Sequence record: ON528735 | DNA: 64,000 bases | Strand: one strand, 5' to 3' | Origin: Shigella phage ESh25 | In this document: positions 57,688-64,000 of the stretch, piece by piece | Numbering within the stretch: position 1 is the stretch's first letter | Layout: the number at the start of each line of letters is the position of its first letter | Program-made: the position numbers and the translations under genes | Notes under the pieces: generated by a model | Told to the model about the DNA's origin: nothing | Databases searched by the model: none | The model's input: only the letters and a program-made list of their open reading frames with translations

Positions 57688-57977
57688 TATAAATTCTCTT
57701 TTAAATGAAAATGCAGGACTTATTGGCATTGCCTGCGCAAGCCCTCAAGGGGAACATAGGTTTTTGGATATTTAACGACCAGGATAACCATAAACCTCGT
57801 CAACATACCACCAAGACTTACACAGATAACACTTTTCTGACGCATGATAGTAACATTCAAGAGGTACACCGTAAAACTGCCGGGGTCTTAAAACTATAAT
57901 GATTCGCAAATCATTAATCAGACAGTTCGACGGCTCCTCGATTTTAGCTCACACTAAGGCAGTGAATCTCCAATAAA

Positions 57978-58226
57978 TTACTTCAGTGTTACCACAAAGT
58001 GACGAACTGCTTTTCGTGCAGCAGAAGCCAGAGGCTTAGCATACTTAAGTTCATCTTTTTCCTGAAGCTCAGCAGCTAATGCAGTTTGAGCAGGATTCAG
58101 ATGTTTGAAATAACGCAGAATTTCAAGAGCTTCGGCTTCAACATCAATAGATGCGCCATAGTTTTCGTGACCATTATTCCATGCGTTTCGTTGCAGTTCA
58201 AGAGCGTGTTGTAATTGTTTAATCAT
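57978..58226 (-). CDS. rIII: rIII lysis-inhibition accessory protein
   Basis: 82 aa, begins MIKQLQHALELQRNAWNNGHENYGASIDVEAEALEILRYF; T4 rIII length and position. Confidence 0.8.
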   Translation of the reverse strand: MIKQLQHALELQRNAWNNGHENYGASIDVEAEALEILRYFKHLNPAQTALAAELQEKDELKYAKPLASAARKAVRHFVVTLK

Positions 58227-58373
58227 TTAAAAATTCTCGTTAGAGATTAAAACTCGGTAGTCACGTTCTTCTGAATTTCATCTTCTTTCGACAGATCTCT
58301 CAGTTGTAGACTACCACATAGAATTGTTCGGTTAACTTATTATTCCGACACCCAATTCATATTATTATTTATA

Positions 58374-58709
58374 TCACTTATAAAGACACGGAATAGCTTT
58401 ATAGTGACAGGTAACGAATTTTTGTTTAATTTCTTTTGGCTGCTTAAGACCCAGAGCTACAAAAGGATGCGGAACATTTCGAATTTGACCAACTGGAAGA
58501 GAAGTCAAATCACCAACTTCGCAGAAACCTTCAGGAACATCAGGACCGACAGAGTGAACTACACACAGTTCAGGAACTTCACCTTGAACACGTTTACCGA
58601 TAATAAGTCCTGATTCTGTAACTTCTTCATCACCGGCTTGTGCGGGTTCAGAAACTAAAATAACATATTCACCGACAGCACGAATTGGTAGCTGTTGTAC
58701 TTCAGACAT
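58374..58709 (-). CDS. 31: gp31 co-chaperonin (GroES functional analogue)
   Basis: 111 aa, begins [22 protein letters not shown]; T4 gp31 length. My hand count of the sequence text in this stretch disagreed with the track by 1 nt; I followed the track. Confidence 0.85.
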
Positions 58710-58739
58710 CGTTTTTCCTTTTTGTTAACAGATGAATTA

Positions 58740-58764
58740 ATAATAACAAATAATTCTTAAAGCA
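58740..58764 (-). promoter_or_regulatory. MotA-dependent middle promoter for gene 31 (MotA box TGCTTTA, 12-nt spacer, TATTAT)
   Basis: Minus strand reads aaaTGCTTTAagaattatttgtTATTATtaattc upstream of the gene 31 ATG; coordinates +/-2 nt. Confidence 0.5.
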
Positions 58765-58765
58765 T

Positions 58766-59074
58766 TTATTTACCAATAAATTGGAGTAAATGCTCAACTT
58801 TCATACCATTAACAGAAATCAATTTGTTAATAGAAAAACCTCGCCACTCGCCAAGCTCAACATCAAATACTGGAATCATATCAGTAGATTCTTTCCGAGT
58901 AGATTCAGTCAATTTACCGGTTTGCATTGTTGGCATAAAGTCTGCATCACGAGTACCTTTCATGGTACGAATAGTACCATCAGACTTTTCAAAAACCACG
59001 TTTGAAATACCCATGGACAATTTAGTTTTCAAAATTTCACGAATTGCTACTTTCTGCTCAGTTGTCAGTTTCAT
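58766..59074 (-). CDS. hypothetical protein (between cd and 31; T4 31.1 position)
   Basis: 102-aa ORF, tightly packed. Confidence 0.55.
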   Translation of the reverse strand: MKLTTEQKVAIREILKTKLSMGISNVVFEKSDGTIRTMKGTRDADFMPTMQTGKLTESTRKESTDMIPVFDVELGEWRGFSINKLISVNGMKVEHLLQFIGK

Positions 59075-59311
59075 TTATTTACCTATTACAGTTTTAATAT
59101 GGGTTGTTCCACGTTCTTTAAGAGTGGAAAGCAATTTTTGGCATTTTTCTAAATCAGATTTCCAACTATATGGTCTATCAATACTAGTCCAATCAGTTTT
59201 ATAATACTGTTTCCATTTAGAGAAAAAATATTTCTTATACTCTACAGCAAACGAGATGTTCTCATTAGAATAAGAACTAATTGCTGTGAGTTGTACCAAA
59301 CGAAATTTCAT
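59075..59311 (-). CDS. hypothetical protein (T4 31.2 position)
   Basis: 78-aa ORF; its start overlaps the cd stop. Confidence 0.5.
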   Translation of the reverse strand: MKFRLVQLTAISSYSNENISFAVEYKKYFFSKWKQYYKTDWTSIDRPYSWKSDLEKCQKLLSTLKERGTTHIKTVIGK

Positions 59312-59892
59312 TATTCACCACAGAATTCGTTGATATTTTCCCAGTTTAACTTATTCAAGTTTTTCTTAGGAACATTAAACACTTCAATACCTGCATTTCG
59401 CAGAATATCATCCCAGCCAGGTTTATTTTTATCATATGTTTCGCAATAAACCAGCTTTTTAATACCAGATTGAGCTATCGCTTTTGCACAATCTGGACAA
59501 GGAGAAAGTGTTACATACATAGTAGCACCTTCAATAGAAGAGCCATTTCGTGCAGCAAACAAAATCGCATTTAGTTCAGCATGAATTTCATTTTTAGACG
59601 ACCATTCAGAGTGAGCGCTCCGGTGTTCTTTTGCCAAGACAAAGCGATCAGTTGAACCAAATGATACGCATTCAGGCTTATGGCCTTGAATGATAGTATG
59701 TTTAGGCTTATTCAACAACCAACCTTGCTCAGCAGCATAATCACAACAGTTCACACCACCAGCAGGTGAACCATTATATCCGGTAGAAATAATACGTCCA
59801 TTCTTTTCAATTACTGCTCCTACCTTCCAGGAGCAACATTTTGATTCCTGGGATACTAAATATGCAATTTGAAGTACTGTACTCGCTTTCAT
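59311..59892 (-). CDS. cd: dCMP deaminase
   Basis: 193 aa; zinc-binding deaminase motifs HAELNAI and PCPDCAKAI. Confidence 0.9.
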   Translation of the reverse strand: MKASTVLQIAYLVSQESKCCSWKVGAVIEKNGRIISTGYNGSPAGGVNCCDYAAEQGWLLNKPKHTIIQGHKPECVSFGSTDRFVLAKEHRSAHSEWSSKNEIHAELNAILFAARNGSSIEGATMYVTLSPCPDCAKAIAQSGIKKLVYCETYDKNKPGWDDILRNAGIEVFNVPKKNLNKLNWENINEFCGE

Positions 59893-60227
59893 TTCATAAT
59901 CACCAGATAAGCAGATTTAGCAGTTTCAACACGATAAATTTCGTGACGAAGTTTAGTTATACTTTTAATAACAGAACTAATTATATTCTGCCCATCTTTA
60001 AAGCGGTTTTTCTTATCAATAAAAATTGCACCAGCCATCTTTTTGTGAAGCTCAACTGGATACTTCGTCACAATAATAGCATCATACACAGAAGGATGAA
60101 TACTATTTACTAGAGTGTCATTCATTAAAGTTATTCTAATGAACTGTGCTGTTTCAGAGTCAAGCGCTCTATGATCGCCAGTATCATTTTCAAGACAATT
60201 ATCAATTATATCAGTTAAATTCATCAT
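59889..60227 (-). CDS. hypothetical protein (cd.1 position)
   Basis: 112-aa ORF with ATGA overlap with cd. Confidence 0.55.
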   Translation of the reverse strand: MMNLTDIIDNCLENDTGDHRALDSETAQFIRITLMNDTLVNSIHPSVYDAIIVTKYPVELHKKMAGAIFIDKKNRFKDGQNIISSVIKSITKLRHEIYRVETAKSAYLVIMK

Positions 60228-60463
60228 AGTACGCCATACACCCTTTGTGCTTCAACTAATCCATCAAAATCCAGTTTAAGATGCGATATTTGATCGCCAT
60301 CACCTGGATTCACAATTACTAATACTGAACGAGGAGTTTCGGTAATAACACGAACCGATGTTTCAGGAAATCGTTCAGAAACCTTATTTACCAATTCCTG
60401 TGCAAATAGCTTAACTTTTTCTTGGAATTCTTTAACAGTAATCGGTTTTTCACTTAGCAGCAT
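60224..60463 (-). CDS. hypothetical protein (cd.2 position)
   Basis: 79-aa ORF with overlap. Confidence 0.5.
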   Translation of the reverse strand: MLLSEKPITVKEFQEKVKLFAQELVNKVSERFPETSVRVITETPRSVLVIVNPGDGDQISHLKLDFDGLVEAQRVYGVL

Positions 60464-60524
60464 TTTGTTTTCCTCATTTGTTTGGTAGAGCTATAATATC
60501 ACAACTCTACCGTAAAGTAAACTA

Positions 60525-60830
60525 TTAAATTGCTTTGAATTCTGCTGTCTGCGATTCAAAGCGAATGTCGCCTTTGATAACTAACTCAGCATCAAGACCG
60601 AATACGACAATGATATGCGCGGAACCTGGATACAGCGTAATGGCAACAGAATCCACTTGGTCTGGAAGCAAAGTGTTCAATACATGAGTCACTTGAGCAT
60701 GGATTCGAAGTTCGGCTGCGTTATCAAGCTTTTCAAACATGTTATTAGCGATAATTTGACTAAACACTACTTCTACGATTTTAGAATAAGTCGGAAACAT
60801 ATTTACCTCACATAATTTTCTTCGAGCCAA
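60525..60830 (-). CDS. hypothetical protein (cd.3 position)
   Basis: 101-aa ORF. Confidence 0.5.
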   Translation of the reverse strand: MARRKLCEVNMFPTYSKIVEVVFSQIIANNMFEKLDNAAELRIHAQVTHVLNTLLPDQVDSVAITLYPGSAHIIVVFGLDAELVIKGDIRFESQTAEFKAI

Positions 60831-61003
60831 TCAATAACATCCAACGCATTATCAAAAGTTGAACCATCTACTTTGTCTTCTGTTTCATAATCAAGAACAT
60901 CTAAACCTACTCTTCCATCAACAATAGGCCATAAACAAAATAGATATTTCTTTTCTTTTTCAATTTTATCACAAAGACGATAAATCTTTTCTATGTTATT
61001 CAT
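60803..61003 (-). CDS. hypothetical protein (cd.4 position)
   Basis: 66-aa ORF; overlaps neighbours. Confidence 0.45.
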   Translation of the reverse strand: MNNIEKIYRLCDKIEKEKKYLFCLWPIVDGRVGLDVLDYETEDKVDGSTFDNALDVIDWLEENYVR

Positions 61004-61189
61004 AAGTTTTCCATGGTAAAGGCAGTTTAGTTTTCTTTACTGTTAGTTCAACATCAGGATTCTTTTCTCTTAATTTAAGGCATTCCTCCCAAGCTCTGAT
61101 TTCACTAGTGAATACACAAAATTGCCCATTACTAGTACCGACTAAACCACTATTTACAATAATAGCCCAAGTTTCATGATGCCATGCCA

Positions 61190-61190
<1 letters not shown>
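60996..61190 (-). CDS. hypothetical protein (cd.5 position)
   Basis: 64-aa ORF; start overlaps the pseT stop. Confidence 0.45.
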
Positions 61191-62390
<1,200 letters not shown>

Positions 62391-62394
<4 letters not shown>

Positions 62395-62621
62395 TTATTT
62401 TTCTCAACTAATGATTGAATATAATCATGCAGGTCTTTAGATGCTTTACCCCACTTATTTTGATATTCATTTTTGAGATTAGCACGGGATTGAGCTAATA
62501 AAACATCATTAGTTGGAGGTAAAGATTCTAACCGCTGAATCTGGCGTCCATAAATCATTGCAGCCATCTCGGATTCATAAATCAATCCTTTGAGATGTTC
62601 AAATTGATGCCATGAAATCAT
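62391..62621 (-). CDS. hypothetical protein (pseT.2 position)
   Basis: 76-aa ORF. Confidence 0.5.
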
Positions 62622-62917
62622 TTACATTTATCCTCTTTTAACTCTTGACGATAATAACATATCATAGTTTTTTGGTCATGTACATATCGTTTTACATCAT
62701 TAAGCCAAATACGAAATTCCTGGGAATCTTCAAATGGCATACCGACCCAAGCTTTACCATCAATAACTTTAACTTGCCAAGATAGTTTAGCTTCATCATA
62801 TGACTTTATCTGTACAGGCCAATTAGGATGAACTGTTTCTTTCTTTACTTCTAGAGGCTTTGTCGAACAACCAGCTAGAAGACCGATAGATAATATTACT
62901 GCTGATAGTCTAATCAT
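62618..62917 (-). CDS. predicted lipoprotein (signal peptide plus lipobox LLAGC)
   Basis: N-terminus MIRLSAVILSIGLLAGCSTKP: hydrophobic h-region followed by L-A-G-C, a lipobox match. Confidence 0.6.
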   Translation of the reverse strand: MIRLSAVILSIGLLAGCSTKPLEVKKETVHPNWPVQIKSYDEAKLSWQVKVIDGKAWVGMPFEDSQEFRIWLNDVKRYVHDQKTMICYYRQELKEDKCK

Positions 62918-63267
62918 TTAGAAAGGTCCTGGATGTCTTCTGCGAACTTGTTGAAGGAGTTGTTGATTTGTTTTTCAACCAATCCTGGCTTACGAGCCAC
63001 CACATCCGCCTTCTTTGCATCTTTGCGCAGTTTTTCATTTTCACGCTCAATATCAGCAATCGCCTCACGATTTTTATTATTCATCGCATCAATATAATTA
63101 TACTGAATTCGCAAATTATTTAATGCTAAGGCGTTTTCATTGGCCGTTTTTGTAATTTCTACAACAGACGTTTCTAATCTTTCTACCTTATTTTTTAAAA
63201 TAATAGATGTTCCGCCAAATGCTATTACAAGTAATAGCAATCCAGCTGTAAAATTACTTACATGCAT
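62914..63267 (-). CDS. predicted membrane-anchored coiled-coil protein
   Basis: N-terminal hydrophobic helix FTAGLLLLVIAFGGTSIIL followed by charged helical region; 117 aa. Confidence 0.55.
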   Translation of the reverse strand: MHVSNFTAGLLLLVIAFGGTSIILKNKVERLETSVVEITKTANENALALNNLRIQYNYIDAMNNKNREAIADIERENEKLRKDAKKADVVARKPGLVEKQINNSFNKFAEDIQDLSK

Positions 63268-63761
63268 AAAGTTTTAATAACCTCTATAATATCGTCTTGA
63301 GAAAGACCGTTAATTAAAATATGATGTTCAGCCGGAGATTTAGAAATTTTAAAGCACGCCGCAACATCTTCTGCCATATCCGATGCGCTACGATTTGGAT
63401 TACTAATTCCAAGACGATGCTTTCCTGTCAAAGGATTAACGATGATATAGCATTTGCAGCTATTGATATGAACATTAGGTTGAGTCTGATTAATAAACAC
63501 TTCACAATCATACTTAGCGAGTTGATTTTCTAAAAAGACTTTCATCTCCTCAACCGCATCAGGAAGCATATCACGGGCTTGCTCAAGATGACGATTTCGA
63601 TATTCTTTAATGGTCGTTTTCCGCTTGACTTGCTTAGCTAAATCTTTCTTAAGATCGGTGATATATCCAACTCGACGATTTCCTTTGAATACAGAAATCC
63701 CATCTGTAGTATCACCGTATGCTTCAACGACCATTTCAGTAGTAATAAGCTGCAAATCCAT
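63258..63761 (-). CDS. alc: Alc (blocks transcription of cytosine-containing DNA)
   Basis: 167 aa from the second Met (MDLQLITTEMVVEAY...); GAGGA SD; T4 position between pseT region and rnlA. Confidence 0.75.
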   Translation of the reverse strand: MDLQLITTEMVVEAYGDTTDGISVFKGNRRVGYITDLKKDLAKQVKRKTTIKEYRNRHLEQARDMLPDAVEEMKVFLENQLAKYDCEVFINQTQPNVHINSCKCYIIVNPLTGKHRLGISNPNRSASDMAEDVAACFKISKSPAEHHILINGLSQDDIIEVIKTLCM

Positions 63762-63769
63762 CATAAAGT

Positions 63770-63822
63770 CCTCATGTTATGTCAGTAAGACTACTATAAC
63801 ACAACACGAGGGACTTGTAAAC
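63770..63822 (-). promoter_or_regulatory. early-promoter cassette, copy B (-35 GTTTAC, extended -10 TGnTATAGT, 5' UTR and SD) upstream of alc
   Basis: Minus strand reads GTTTACAAGTCCCTCGTGTTGTGTTATAGTAGTCTTACTGACATAACATGAGG; one mismatch relative to copy A. Confidence 0.6.
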
Positions 63823-63826
63823 AGCT

Positions 63827-64000
<174 letters not shown>

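Noticed and set aside
57705-57899. 64-aa plus-strand ORF in the 30.9-rIII gap
   Set aside because: Opposite in orientation to every flanking gene, no SD, composition not protein-like; the region is more plausibly regulatory.

Overview
This window reads as a T4-like (Tevenvirinae) myovirus genome segment, collinear with the T4 map from gene 57B through the 3' end of rnlA (gene 63). All calls rest on reading the six-frame translations, on motifs visible in the sequence, and on recalled T4 gene order and protein lengths; no database search or alignment was run. Motif coordinates were counted by hand and may be off by 1-2 nt. On the + strand lies the late morphogenesis block: baseplate 53, 5, 5.1, 5.4, 6-12, wac, neck 13-15, terminase 16/17, sheath 18, tube 19, portal 20, prohead core 67/68/21/22, capsid 23/24, then 51, 27-29, 48, 54. 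On the - strand lie early and middle genes: 57B, 57A, 1, 3, 2, 4; rnlB, hoc, inh; uvsY, 25, 26; the alt region; ligase 30 and 30.1-30.9; rIII, 31, cd, pseT, alc. Late promoters (TATAAATA) sit about 15-30 nt upstream of many late genes, MotA-box middle promoters precede genes 1, uvsY and 31, and GC-rich tetraloop hairpins act as terminators. Nothing here looks like a wholly new system; the points most worth a second look are: (1) an HNH endonuclease ORF between genes 18 and 19, which I do not recall in T4, with a duplicated late promoter; (2) two tandem Alt-like ADP-ribosyltransferase genes, both with intact R / STS / E-x-E motifs, under one late promoter; (3) a NADAR-like (ADP-ribose processing) ORF at the T4 30.3 position next to a HAD-like ORF; (4) a 53-bp near-identical early-promoter cassette present twice about 15 kb apart; (5) a lipoprotein plus membrane protein pair upstream of alc. 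No tRNA, rRNA, CRISPR array or transposon was seen.
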